64,000 nt of DNA from Octopus bimaculoides (lineage: Eukaryota), in the NCBI RefSeq assembly GCF_001194135.2, contig NC_068995.1:54708812-54772811 (forward strand), in the 5' to 3' direction. Numbering within the stretch: position 1 is the first letter of the stretch; each line of letters opens with the position of its first letter. The notes beneath the pieces are model-generated. The model was given only the letters and a program-made list of their open reading frames with translations. It was not told the origin of the DNA and ran no database searches. A program made the translations under genes and the position numbers. Positions 1 to 13,569 of the stretch are shown here, one piece after another.

Positions 1-492
1 AGTTCTTTTAGAAGGCTTAGAAAAACTTGAGAGGCGAACCTGTTGAAAAAGACCTTAATTAAATGATCGTCATGTATATCGATTAACCCAAAACGAGGAC
101 GTGTTCAGCACCCGATCGTATGTCTATCTATCTATCCATCTATTTATCTATCTTGCTAGCTGTCTATCTATCTACCCCCCCACCTCTCTCACTCTCTCTT
201 TATATATATATATGTGTGTGTGTGTGAGTATGTATTAAAGTAGGCGCCTCTGCGTCCTGAAAGAAAGGTTAAGCACGTTTACTACGTTGTGTGTATGTGT
301 GAGTGTGTGTGTTTTGTGTGCGTTTGTCTGTGCCCTTCTCTTTTTTGTAGGAGTGTGTTAACATCAACAAGCATTTCCGTTGCTACGCATTGGGGTTTTT
401 AAGCAAAAATACGCTTACATTCACGCCTCATAAATATAACACCTGTACAAAGAGAGAGAGGAAGAGTGGTAGATATACACACACATATATCC

Positions 493-568
<76 letters not shown>

Positions 569-935
569 TGTGATGTATAATCACATATATTTATACCCAT
601 GCATATAGAGAAATATATACATATACATATATATATACATGCATATATATGTTTACACACACATTTATATATACACACACACAGTCACACACGCACACAC
701 ACACATATATATATACAGTGAGAGAGAGACAGGCAGACAGACAGAGATAGTTAGATAGATAGATAGATAGATAGATAGATATATATTGACATAAAATGTC
801 ATGAACATTACAGAGTGAACGCTGTTGAAAGGAAGGAGAATACAATACCTAACATGTGAGGTCTTACAAAGATAGTGATGTATAAAGTTGTGATTTAGAA
901 TATATATATATATATAATATATATATATATATATA

Positions 936-1277
936 CAAGTAACTGATGAGTTTCAATTTTTAATGACTTCCTTAACTTTACAAATACATGCATGAAATTC
1001 TGATACAGTATAAAGGACAGAATAGAAATTAATATGCTTACGTCAAATTTTGCAAACCACTAGAAGACATAGGAAAAATGACATCTCTTAAACGACAGTC
1101 ATATTTGGCTTCGCACGCCCGTGCTCTATCTACAATTTGCACCATAACCCCCTCAAGAGTTTCAAACCCCACTTCTCTGATTTCTCTATTGATGTTCTCC
1201 TTCAGTTGCACCAGGGTCGCCGGTTTGTTGACGTAAACCTTCTCTTTCAGGTATCCCCACAAGAAAAATTTTCGCAT
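936..1277 (-). mobile_element. Tc1/mariner-superfamily transposon, 3' fragment (transposase C-terminus plus probable right end)
   Basis: ORF 1038-1277 reads FFLWGYLKEKVYVNKPATLVQLKENINREI...RARACEAKYDCRLRDVIF, the typical post-catalytic C-terminus. Probable end TA|CAAGTAACTGATGAG abuts a (TA)n tract at 936. Confidence 0.8.
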
Positions 1278-1364
1278 ATATGTGTATATATATATATATG
1301 TATATATTAATATGTCTAAGTCTTTCTAAAGAAGACTACGGCAGCGGAACTAGATATTGATATT

Positions 1365-1665
1365 TATCGCCAAGCTAACATGGCTGTCCAGAAAAATAGG
1401 ACGAATGCTGCCTCTAGCTAGCTATATGACACATGAACCTGTGTCCATTATAAGCTTCGAACAGGGGAGGTTAGTCGCTTCCCCTTCCTGGTCTGGCATC
1501 TATAGACTAGTTTCAGGGTATTTGCCCCTTATCTACATTGGTTCGAAGGTTATAATGGACACAGGTTCATGTGTCATATAGCTAGCTAGAGGCGATGACC
1601 TCTTGGAGCTAATCAACGGCACCATTCGTCCTATTTTTCTGGACTGCCATGTTAGCTTGGCGATA
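1365..1665. mobile_element. Foldback/MITE-like element with ~98-bp inverted arms
   Basis: 1365-1462 is the reverse complement of 1541-1665 apart from 3 substitutions and a 27-bp indel; 78-bp spacer; TA-rich flanks. Confidence 0.75.
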
Positions 1666-3453
1666 GCTATTAATATATATATACATATATAGCGCTACAT
1701 TAGACTCCAAATCAAATATGATTTATTTACTTCCGAGCGTGGCGATAAATTACGGAAATTATAATACACATTGCCATGAAATGAACGCACTCTTACAATA
1801 TAGAAGCAATTATCTGCATTGTGAGTGCATATAGTGTAGAACGACACACGTGTGGCAGCCGTTGTAATAGCTGAGTTCAAACGAAAATATCGAGAATGAA
1901 ATGAATGGAACGTAAAAATATTTTAAATGAGGAAAAAAGAAAATATAAAATAATAACGAATGGTGATTACATTAAAAATTATAGAGGCAGGCATTCAAAT
2001 AATTAAAAAGTGTACAGGCATAAAAATATAAACGTATGTATACAAACATAATAAATGCATATTGTATATAGTATTATTTAAAACGAAGACATATACAAAA
2101 ATAGATTGGGAAATTAATAAACACCTTAAATAATTCAAAGAAAATGACCGGCAGGATAAAAATATGCAAATTAGTATACGGAGGTAAGAAATAGTTTTCT
2201 ATTTATATTGGAATTGTGTCAAATACTATGCTAAAGTTGATAATATAAAGTAGAGTAAAAAATAAAATTCTAAGTTGAAGCTGTACGAATTAATGAAAGA
2301 AGAAAATATAGAGAAAATATATTGAAACCTATTTCAATCTACAAGATTCCTAAATGTACACAAAGACATATAAAAGCAATGTAAAAAAACAGAAAACAAA
2401 GAGTTTTCGAAAGCATACAAGAATAGGCAGAAATATAGTGTGTTGGNNNNNNNNNNNNNNNNNNNNNNNNNNNNNNNNNNNNNNNNNNNNNNNNNNNNNN
2501 NNNNNNNNNNNNNNNNNNNNNNNNNNNNNNNNNNNNNNNNNNNNNNNNNNNNNNNNNNNNNNNNNNNNNNNNNNNNNNNNNNNNNNNNNNNNNNNNNNNN
2601 NNNNNNNNNNNNNNNNNNNNNNNNNNNNNNNNNNNNNNNNNNNNNNNNNNNNNNNNNNNNNNNNNNNNNNNNNNNNNNNNNNNNNNNNNNNNNNNNNNNN
2701 NNNNNNNNNNNNNNNNNNNNNNNNNNNNNNNNNNNNNNNNNNNNNNNNNNNNNNNNNNNNNNNNNNNNNNNNNNNNNNNNNNNNNNNNNNNNNNNNNNNN
2801 NNNNNNNNNNNNNNNNNNNNNNNNNNNNNNNNNNNNNNNNNNNNNNNNNNNNNNNNNNNNNNNNNNNNNNNNNNNNNNNNNNNNNNNNNNNNNNNNNNNN
2901 NNNNNNNNNNNNNNNNNNNNNNNNNNNNNNNNNNNNNNNNNNNNNNNNNNNNNNNNNNNNNNNNNNNNNNNNNNNNNNNNNNNNNNNNNNNNNNNNNNNN
3001 NNNNNNNNNNNNNNNNNNNNNNNTATATATATATACGCATGGGAAAGCGAATTTCATCTGTATTAATCCGTCATTGAATTTCCAACACAACTCTTAAGTA
3101 TTAACGCTTTCGAATTTCTCAACCTGATTCTTAGAGTTTCAGTCGCATGATTGTTGTAATTAACCTTAATGATATCGAACTCATGAATTCGCCCCTCCTA
3201 ATTTAACTTGCACTTGTTTGTTATACTACACTTGAAACTATATCTGTGTGACAGACATTGGACTGCATCTAATACATTTCTAAGCTATTTTCAAAGCTAT
3301 TTTATTTTTATTGCAGAAGGACTGCATTTTTCCTCCAACGACAGTTTTCTTTGATAAGTTTGCCTCGTTCGGATTAAAGCTGTTCCAGAAAATAATTAAA
3401 AATGCATATTAAATTACTTGCCGTTTCTTCGACTATAGCTTGTGGCCGATTTG

Positions 3454-3563
3454 ATCGGCCACAAGCTATAGTCGAAGACAATTGCCCACGGTGCCATGCA
3501 GTGGGACTGAAACCCAGACCATGTGGTTGGGAAGCAATCTTCTTACCACACAGCCATGTATGC
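3454..3563 (-). mobile_element. tRNA-derived SINE head (type A), 3'-truncated
   Basis: Aligns to the head of the full copy at 17152-17568 (gtgggactgaa-cc...ccatgtggttgg-aagc...cttaccacacagcca). Confidence 0.85.
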
Positions 3564-4118
3564 ATCTTTTCCGTTCTTTTTTTTTACTAAAACAGAATTT
3601 TGTCCTGTGTATATCTTAAAAACAGAGGTGGAGATGATAGTTTTCTTTTAACTCGAATTTAGTGTTAAAATATTTTCAAAGACTTAGAATTAGGATGAGT
3701 GGCAAACATTTAACATAGAGTTGTAAGTTTGCTACAAATCAAAGAGTCTCTCTCTGCTGTTATCACGTCTTTCATATTTAACATATCTTTCAAAAGAATT
3801 CAAAACATTTCTTGAAATATTTCCAAATAACTGCCGGCTAAGCATTGTGCAGTCTCTTAACATGCTGTTTGATGTATCCTGGAAATATTTGTTTTATGTT
3901 ATGAATATGCGTTTCATTCATATTTAAACGTTTACTTTGGTTTATAAATATCTAATGAAAAAAGTGGATTCATATCTTGAATTAAAGCGATAACACTAAA
4001 AGTTAAATCATATAATTTCAACCAAGTACTTTTTGCGTAAGTGAAGCTCTAATATCATCAATATCCTCGTTGTTGTTTCGACTTATTTTTCTTGGTAATA
4101 TACGCACTTACACAGCAA

Positions 4119-4270
4119 TGGTTATGTGATAAGTAGCTTGCTTACCAACCACATGGTCCCGGGTTCAGTCCCACTGCGTGTCACCTTGGGCAAGTGTATT
4201 TTGACATAGCCTCGGGCCGACCAATGCGTTGTGAGTGGATCTGGTAGATGGAAACTGAAAGAAGCCTGTC

Positions 4271-4271
<1 letters not shown>
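4119..4271 (+). mobile_element. tRNA-derived SINE head plus CORE-like domain (type A), running into (TA)n and a gap
   Basis: aagtagcttgcttaccaaccacatggtcccgggttcagtcccactgcg...ccttgggcaagtgt...ggaaactgaaagaagcctgtcg, matching the reverse complement of 17405-17568. Confidence 0.9.
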
Positions 4272-4320
<49 letters not shown>

Positions 4321-5389
4321 NNNNNNNNNNNNNNNNNNNNNNNNNNNNNNNNNNNNNNNNNNNNNNNNNNNNNNNNNNNNNNNNNNNNNNNNNNNNNNNN
4401 NNNNNNNNNNNNNNNNNNNNNNNNNNNNNNNNNNNNNNNNNNNNNNNNNNNNNNNNNNNNNNNNNNNNNNNNNNNNNNNNNNNNNNNNNNNNNNNNNNNN
4501 NNNNNNNNNNNNNNNNNNNNNNNNNNNNNNNNNNNNNNNNNNNNNNNNNNNNNNNNNNNNNNNNNNNNNNNNNNNNNNNNNNNNNNNNNNNNNNNNNNNN
4601 NNNNNNNNNNNNNNNNNNNNNNNNNNNNNNNNNNNNNNNNNNNNNNNNNNNNNNNNNNNNNNNNNNNNNNNNNNNNNNNNNNNNNNNNNNNNNNNNNNNN
4701 NNNNNNNNNNNNNNNNNNNNNNNNNNNNNNNNNNNNNNNNNNNNNNNNNNNNNNNNNNNNNNNNNNNNNNNNNNNNNNNNNNNNNNTATATATATTGGTA
4801 AATATTTTCAAGTACCAGTATGTATATATGAAGTTGTGTATGTAAGAATTTATGTATGTTTGCACTTCATGTACGTATGCATGAATGTATGTATATGTAT
4901 GTATGATTGTTTGTATGCATGTATATATGTATACCTGTATGTATGAATATATGTTTGTTTGTATGGTGATAAAGATAACACACGTACACATTCGTATATA
5001 CAGGCACACTTAATATACCTGTATGTATGAATGTGTACGTTTGTTATTAGTATCTAATGAACTATCTTTACAGCAACTGAGAGTCAACACAAAAGAAAGC
5101 TCCATTCAAATTCAAGATACAAATTTTATGACTCAATAATCATTGAAGGATCCTGACATATGTGACTGACATTTAAAATAATATTGAGATCACTTATAAA
5201 TCAATGGAGACCGGCAGTTCTATCAGTAGAAAGGTTTCTTATTTCTCTCATGTCATTCCTCAAATTCAAGTAACATCCACAAAAAAGTATTCCATTCTTT
5301 GGGAGCTAAATACCATTTAAGCTACACATTATAAAGAAACGAGCAACTACTACCTTCTTGCTCTGAACACACGTGCATTTTCAGATATT

Positions 5390-5520
5390 TATAACATGTT
5401 CGAAATTTAAGAGATGAGGAATTATGTACATTATTTACATTTCACGGATATTTGTCCTCATCATGTTTGTTAACAAAACGTTTCAGCTGGTATAGTCTCC
5501 AGCCTTCATCAGGTTGGGAT
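5390..5520 (-). mobile_element. Penelope-like element terminal (pLTR) fragment with hammerhead-like motif
   Basis: Minus strand reads CTGATGA-A-GGCTGG-agactata-CCAGCT-GAAAC-GTT. An additional 8-bp stem is present (gatgagga 5413-5420 / tcctcatc 5455-5462). Confidence 0.6.
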
Positions 5521-5689
5521 TTCTCTGTGCCTAAAACATCGAGCAAAGATTATAATTACCGATTGTGATACCCACCACGAAGAAATGATCAAGCTCAGTA
5601 ACAATATATTAAGCAACAACTAACCCCGAAACATACTATGCACTCCAATTATGAAGAAAAGAGAGGATGAAACCAATAAACTGTTCACA

Positions 5690-5900
5690 TGTAAAATGCC
5701 TCTCCGAAAAGCTACAAATGATATGCGTTCTATGAGGCAGAAATCACATCAAGGTTTCAAGACAGCCAAACCGAAAAGAAGAATTACATCGGCTTTTGCA
5801 AAGGGGATTTCGAAACATGTTATGTAAGCTGCTAATCTGTTTTCTGACACACCGACAACATTAAAACCACAAAGTCATAAAATCCTGGCAATACATGTGT
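5690..5900 (+). mobile_element. Penelope-like GIY-YIG endonuclease remnant
   Basis: Frame from 5731 reads YEAEITSRFQDSQTEKKNYIGFCKGDFETCY, matching the VYxA...YIG...FKxRY pattern and the copy at 37908. Confidence 0.65.
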
Positions 5901-6682
5901 CGTCAGAACAAGAAAATATGTGTAGCTTGTATCTTCATATANNNNNNNNNNTACATATAAATGTATGTATGAGTATATGTGTACGTGCGCGCCCATGTGT
6001 ATGTATGTATGTATGTATGTATGTATGTATGTATGTATATATCAAGAGAGAGAGAGAGAGAGAGAGCGGGTATTGATAGGTCAGTTGTATGTCGGAAGAG
6101 TCAAAGCATTGTTTTATTTGAGAAAATCCCATCCAGCGAATACTTGAATGCTTTCGATGGTAGCAGATCCAAGATTTTTATCTCCTTACAAATGCTTGAG
6201 ATGATCTTGTATACCGTTTAGAAATGGTGAGAATATTTTTAAGAATAAATTTTCTGCAAATTTCGCTGAATATGATTTTAAAAGATATATGTTTACGAAC
6301 TATAAAATAAACAAATAAAAATGTCTTTCTTTGAAAAGTCCTTATGAGATGAAAGATCTTGACTTCTGAGTTTCTTTTTCTTCTTTTTTTCTTGCTTTGC
6401 TTTCTATTTTTCTTGAAGAGAAATTGAAATTGCATTCTCATTTTCTTTAAACTCTTTTAGCTCATATTGTTTCTGCCTTTGTTTCGTTTATTTTGTCCTT
6501 TACTAAGAACATTTTTAGATAAATACACATGTATGTATGCACATTCCATGCCTGTATCATTCACTATTCAATGTTAAAGGAAACATGTATACATGAGCTC
6601 ACACACAGACACAGACAGACGTAAACGCATACACCCCTACGCACACACAAACACACACTTATAGACATACGCTGCGTTTAAC

Positions 6683-6742
6683 ATTTTCATTTCATTTCAA
6701 GGTTTCAGCTCAGAGCTGCGGCCATGCTGATGCACCACCGTG
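6683..6742 (-). mobile_element. SINE/LINE 3'-tail fragment
   Basis: tttcagctcagagctgcggccatgctgatgcaccacc shares the ggtgc-ccagcatggccgcag terminus of the tail at 17152-17210. Confidence 0.7.
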
Positions 6743-7888
6743 TATATTATATCTTCACTAAATTTCTTACTTGAGTCTTTGAGAATTTCCACGTTTCACT
6801 TCGCGTCCTTATCCTATAGTGGAGAACCTACATCTTAATAAGTATTAATAAAGATGAATTAATTTCCCTTAGTGCAGAATCAGTTTAACATTTGTATTAC
6901 GTATAAAATACAGAGTTAGACAAATTCGAAGATATTCTTACCTAGAAAAGTGAATTGTACAACCCTGAGTGGGTACCTCTGCTTTTTAAAGGATAAGGAC
7001 TTTAAATATGACAGTTATTGAGCATTTATTGGTAGTAATGCACCATATACTATTGGCAAAATGAAGTGTAATCTATGTTTTGAAGAAATATTCCATATCT
7101 TCACATACAATTACAGGTAATTTGATCACAAAATGAAGTATCTGTAAAATGCACATATTTTGTTTGCTTGTTGTTGTTTTTTTTTTGTAAATAATAACTC
7201 TGCAAATAAGCATTATTAATAGGATATAAAGAAAAGTCTATTGCTACAGACTGGTCTGAATACCCAAATTAAAACGATGTTTATGTTCTCCTGATCTGTT
7301 TCCACTTCATTTCCTCTTTCTACTTCCTCTATATATATTAATTTATCTTCTATTGAATCATTTTACGATCAATATGAGAGGTTAGTGAAGTGAATAAATC
7401 CTGACCTAAATAATGTTTCTTATTCTACTACTAAATTTATAAAATAAATTATTCTTGTAAATTCTAAAAAGTTTATATGCTTAAATACTACCAGAACTAT
7501 AGTCATATCGCATTTCAAAGCAAACTCTACTGTCCTATAACCTAAGCTTTTATCTTCCCACACCTACAGTACACGTTAAGAAGGACTGTCTAGCACTTGA
7601 ATCTTCAGTTCGCTGCACCCACTCGCATTGGTAAAATCTTGAAGAAATTGCACAGCGATGTCTACATTGATATGCATATGTAATGCAGTTGAACTAACTT
7701 AATACCCGTATATGCTACATCAAATCACAAGAGGACACATATCCAGCAGGAACATGCATCAGATTGGAAATTAATGGGTATTTAATGAGAACATTATTGT
7801 CATATATATATTTTCAAGATGTATAATTCCCCATTCTTATTTATGATATATACATATACACACACACACTCACAGACACACATACACT

Positions 7889-7936
<48 letters not shown>

Positions 7937-8299
7937 TATACATATGTATATTTATATAGACATACATGCATACACACACGAATATACTCATACATATATT
8001 CACAATCCCATCAATATTGTGTGAATTATTGTTATGTTACTGTGAACACTCCTACGCACAACTTCCTCTTGTCAAGCAGAAACGTAGGCAAGTGTTGATT
8101 CAGTAAATATCGAAGAGACGAAGAGATGGCGGATAGAAATGCATATTTAGTGAGAGTGTTATATTTTCAGAAAGAAAAAAAGAAATCTATTTACACATAG
8201 ATACGTATAGCATAAAACGCAAAATTGAATATTTATCTTTTTCTTTACATATGCATTACATCTACACACTCCGTCGTATTTCCAGAAATAAACACACAA

Positions 8300-8369
<70 letters not shown>

Positions 8370-9099
8370 GCAAACACATTCAAATATTTTCTTATTATAT
8401 TTATCGATTTAATTTTTTTTATCGTATTGATGTTTGATTTGATTTGCGATTGCGAGACAATGTTCTCAATTAGAACGTGTTATAATTGCATGTTGTTTTT
8501 GATGAGATATTTATTACTTTTGTTTTTCTAGAGATTACTTGCATTGCAGTTCACTGTTTTTTTATTGTTGTTGCTCATGTTGCTATTTGCGTTTCTTTCA
8601 ATCGATTTTTATTCCCAGCTTGATTACTTTCCCGGTTTTTGTATATTTATCAGTAAATTTATATATTTATTATTTCAGTAATATTGAATAATTGGTTTTG
8701 TTGTTGTTGTTGCTATATTTGCAATTGTTTGTCTTCTTAACATTGGTGTTATTACCGATAGGGATGTTTGTCGTTTTGCGCATTGTATGGCAGTGCACAC
8801 TGGCTGCAGTTAAGTCCCTTTCAGAAAATTCTTACGACTAGATGGAAGGGTTCCATATAGCTACGGCCTGTTTGCACACTTAAACACACAGAAAAACATA
8901 CGTACAAACACACACCCAGGAACACACACAGACACACAGGAACACACATAGACACACATGAACACACACACACACACACACACACACAATTATATTATTT
9001 ACGCCAGAGGAATGTAGAAACATTGCAAGAAATTGAAATAATACCTCTTCTTTTAATCGTAGAATCTTGTGAATGAAAATGCATAGACGGAAAATATGT

Positions 9100-9720
9100 A
9101 GAAGCGCATATTCATTTGACTGTATCAAATGTCGGAAGTTCCATGTTAATCTGAACTCTAGGATGGTCGGGCTGCACCTGGCATACATTTTACCTAAATG
9201 GAATGTACCGTTTGAGGTCTGACTATGCCTTTCTCAAGTAGTCTCCTATTAAAACAGTGCTTCATATTGTAGCTGATCGGAGAGGCTCATGGCATACTTA
9301 TAAGGCACCTCTTCTTGATCTCCCCTTCATCTCTTCATCTTGATCTCTCTGTTCTTGATCTCTTCTTCTTCAAACCTGTTCTTGATCTCTCCTGCGTCTC
9401 TTCAGAAAGCAGTGTGCATTGCGTAGAGCGCTATGTCCTTTTTAAGTCTTTTCAGATCATCACTAATCTTTATTTCTCCTCGGAAATTTGAGGAGCGTAG
9501 CTCATTCTTCAAGTTTTTTGGTTGTTCCGCAAGATATCCATATATATTCAGCGCCTGTTCTCTTTTGCTGGTGGCTTCGTAGTTTTGTTTTTAATGCCGC
9601 AGTGTTCCTGGCAAATCGTATACATAAAATTTTCACAAGAATTCAACGGCTTATCGCACCGCATGTTAACCTAGTTCTTTATTGTATCTACCACCATTTT
9701 CCCATTTGTCGTAAAACATC
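9100..9720 (-). mobile_element. Degenerate non-LTR retrotransposon, HERO/R2-group pre-RT region
   Basis: Frameshifted minus-strand peptides YTICQEHCGIKNKTTKPPAKENRR, KDLKGHSALRNA...KRRR, PYKYAMSLSDQ and LRKA*SDLKRYIPFR recall HERO ORF motifs (RLSALRRAE, DPYKFAK, LRKTYSD). Family assignment is from memory. Confidence 0.55.
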
Positions 9721-10262
9721 TTTCCCATCAAATTAAAGACAAACGCGTATTTCGGAATCGTTTTCGAATGAAATGTTAAAAGGAGGCAACCGACCGAACC
9801 ATAATAGAGACAGAAACAAAAATAAATGCTAAATGTTCAAAACATTAATGAAAATATATAATAAAACATCACAAATTTTTCAAAAATAGAAAATTTTATA
9901 TCAACAGTGTCCTATGTAATACAGCTTTTAAAGAGATTTGTGAGGTGTATGAACTGTTGTAATATGTAAAGGTGAACAGTGCTCTCAACACTATATCAAT
10001 GAGATTTTAATAAAACAGAGTGTTATTACTTTTGTTATATATATACAGACATAAGATTTTTTTGTCAAACAAAGCAGAAAAACAAAAGGAAACAAAAGCA
10101 AAAATTAAAGATAGATGTACAAAAATAACCGTTGGCTGTCGGACACAAACGAAAGGATATAACTCTACGATTTATTAAAGCCACACTCTTACCACGTTCA
10201 AAGTTTTGGTTAGCTATACATGCATACATATACACATACATATATATCTATATCTCTATTTA

Positions 10263-10381
<119 letters not shown>

Positions 10382-10639
10382 GCCCGTGCGTTTATTTGCA
10401 TAAAACCTGTGTTCATTGTTGGAATGAATGTTACTGCATCTATCTGTTCGTCAGACTTACATGCATTCATACATAAGTACATGTATACGTACAAACATAA
10501 CCGTAATAAGAATTCGAACGACGCATTTCCTGATATCAACCGTGCTAACTAAGAATCCACATCGACCTAATAACCTTTGTTCGTCAACATTTGTACATTT
10601 AACTTGAATAGCATACTTGGGATCTATAAACAAGTGCAC

Positions 10640-10822
10640 CAGCCCATGCTCTGCGATCACTTCGATATTTTATGCGTGGCACACAGTGCACCTGTTCAAA
10701 CAACGTCGATTTGATAGAGAGAATGAACTAATCTGCGGCACAAATATTTGATCACTATAAACAAATCATTTGTCGTTCGGCAAAAGCTGAACGCTCATAC
10801 GTCGTCTTCGGCGGGAGAGTCC
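10640..10822 (+). mobile_element. 5'-truncated SINE tail (type B2)
   Basis: Collinear with 58610-58791 (tgcgat...gcacctgt...gatttgat...tcactataaacaaatcat...gggagagtcc). Confidence 0.75.
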
Positions 10823-12079
10823 TTGATGTTTATATCTATATATATAAGTCTTATACAATGAAAACATATAATGCGATGCAACGACACAGCTATCTTTCCT
10901 TTTGTGGGATTGTACACTTATATAGTCTTTTATTAATTGTTTGAGTGCGTGTGTCACTGATGATATATGCGGGAAGTAAATTTTGCAGCCTAAGACAATT
11001 TTAGAAAAAAGTATAACGGTTTGAAGACTGCGTGTGTGATTGTATGATTGTAATATAATTCACTGTAGGAGAAAAACCTACTATTTAAATGTAGTGATGG
11101 ACTCACTGCAATATTTGGAATGATGCCCAAATATTCATTTATCAAACAGATATTGGTTTATACTTTAGAAACAAAGCTGAATGCAATAAAATTGTATCTG
11201 GTATGTTCACAGTTTCTTTCTCGATAATGGCATCTTTACTGTTTGACAATATTGCCAGCAGTTTTTCTCAAATCTTTTGACAGCTGTTACTCTATTTCAT
11301 TTGATGGTAAGCAGTCAATCAGCAGAAATACTCTCTCTCGTAATAACTCAATACAATTTAAATTTATATCATTTGAGGACTATCTTTTCCTTTCACTTCC
11401 AAGTAACTAAAGCTAATATTGATATCATACTTACAAAATTAAAAATACAAATATTATTTATGCATAATTAAATATATATAATTATTTTCCCATGGAAGTT
11501 GTGTAACCATGATTAGTAGGATAATTACAGTGGTCGCCCTTGTATGCAACTGCCCAGTCTTTCAGTAAGAAATATCCCTAACATAAATCCTATTGACTAA
11601 AACGAATGACGCTTACATTGTATTCTGTATATCTCGACCAGCCAGAACATTGGATGATCAACAGTGGATTGATTTTATTACACGTCTGGTCGGTGACAGC
11701 TGCGTTGGAGCGAAACAAGAAAGACGAGTTTTTTTTTTTCTATAACTTGTAACAAATATACGCCATACAATGCTAAGATTCCTACTGAACTGAAAGCGCA
11801 CTAAGCAAACGTGATTCTTCGTTGAAAGAAAAACAAAAAAACACTATTCTGTATCGAGTGTGACAATAATCAGAAGCAATCTATAAAGTGTAATGGTAGT
11901 TTGGTAGATAGACTCTCCTACGATATATCTGCTGTATATTAAATAAGATGAGGAGAGAATTAATGCTTTGCTGTCTTGTGTCCTCATATATCTTGGTGAG
12001 TAAAATATCAGGTCATCAAGATTTAAAAGCTCCGATTTTCTTATGCACCAATTTATATATATATAATATATATATATAA

Positions 12080-12295
12080 TTTTATTGTTTTATTTGCTTC
12101 AATCATTTGACTTCGACCATGCTGGTGCACCGCCTTGAGTCGAGCAAGTCGACCCCAGAATTTATTCTTTGTAAGCCTAGTACTTATATGATCGGGTTCT
12201 TTTTCCGAACCGCTAAATTAGTGGGACGTAAGCATACCAGCATCGGTTGTCAAGCGATGTTGGTGGTGGTGGTAAACACAGACACACAAACATAT
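12080..12295 (-). mobile_element. Composite SINE 3' half (orphan tail)
   Basis: Aligns along its length to 17152-17360; ends in microsatellite with no head. Confidence 0.9.
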
Positions 12296-12324
12296 ACTTA
12301 TCTCTCTATCTATCTATCTATCTA

Positions 12325-12358
<34 letters not shown>

Positions 12359-13402
12359 CACCCACGCACACTTATACACAATTATATTTTTGCAGATATG
12401 TTTATTCAATATATTTTTCTAATACGTGGTTTGCAATCGAAGTTATTACGCACACCCACACAAAGTTACACATTGATACCTGTGGGCGAGTATATAATTT
12501 ATTTTCATAATTTACCGAAAATCGTTCACAGTGTCAACATTCAGAAAAAGAGAACATTTTGTTCTCAGTCGTTTTCTGTTTTTGATTTGTTTTGTTATAT
12601 TTTTTGTTTTTGTATTTGAAATCCAAATTAATTTGAACTACTTATTTCCCTTCTATATAATTATCTCTCTTTGCTCGTTGCCTACGATAAAATATTTTAT
12701 ATGCATTTTTATTTAAGTAAGTTTCTTGCAAGCAATACTTAGTGAAAAATTATTTTTTAATTTAGAAATTAATTCAATTTTGCATTATGTATCTCTCTTT
12801 ATTTTGTTCTGCGCATTTTGTTAATTATTTGAGGCATTTTTTTTTTACATGTTAACATGTATGGAAGATGTTAAAGTTGTTTTCTTTTTTTCTTCTATTT
12901 TCTGTTTCCTTCCTCTTTTTTTCTCAAACATGCTTTTATTCTATATGCCATATATTATGTTATAACCCCTTTTAATCATTTCTATCTGCATGGTAGTCAT
13001 TCTCTCATTTTTCACTCCTTTCATTTGCATGTCGTGCCCTACTTTTTCCTTCAATGTTTATTCAATTAACCTTACATTCTGCAAGGCATATATCATACAA
13101 TCATATCCTTTGTACTTCCTTTTATAGAACTGATCAGCCATTAACTCTTTCATTCATAATCCTATTTCACACCATTCTCTTACTTTTATATTTTCTCATA
13201 ATAATTATTTTGCTCAATATTTCACTTTCCCATATATCTTTTCAACAGTATTTTTTCTCAGAAATTGTCGCAATTTTGCATTGTCTCTTTCTTACACTAA
13301 GCGTAATCTCTTTCATGTAAATATTTCTATTATGAAACACCTTCATTATCATTACTTTCTGTTACCTATTTAATTTCCAAATTAACTCGCAGGATGTTCC
13401 TC

Positions 13403-13457
<55 letters not shown>

Positions 13458-13569
13458 CACACATACACACATATATAGTGACGTATATATTTTTTCTGTT
13501 CGGATGTAAAATTGCGAACAAGCCATCATTATCATTTATAATACACACACACACATATATATACATATA

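Noticed and set aside
390-845. YIYI/HTHT/VCVC/LSLS ORFs here and throughout the window
   Set aside because: Translations of dinucleotide and tetranucleotide microsatellites.
6060-6500. Possible L1/Tx1-like LINE remnant on the minus strand
   Set aside because: Only A-rich composition and vague motif echoes; no diagnostic RT or endonuclease motif.
7570-7630. Small exon-like segment between cctacAG and GTaaaa
   Set aside because: One open frame of ~20 codons is expected by chance, the donor is weak and no homology is recognised.
11587-11745. 52-aa frame with a TIR-domain-like start (DAYIVFC...QQWIDFITRLV)
   Set aside because: Short, no usable splice sites, and the resemblance is limited to a few residues.
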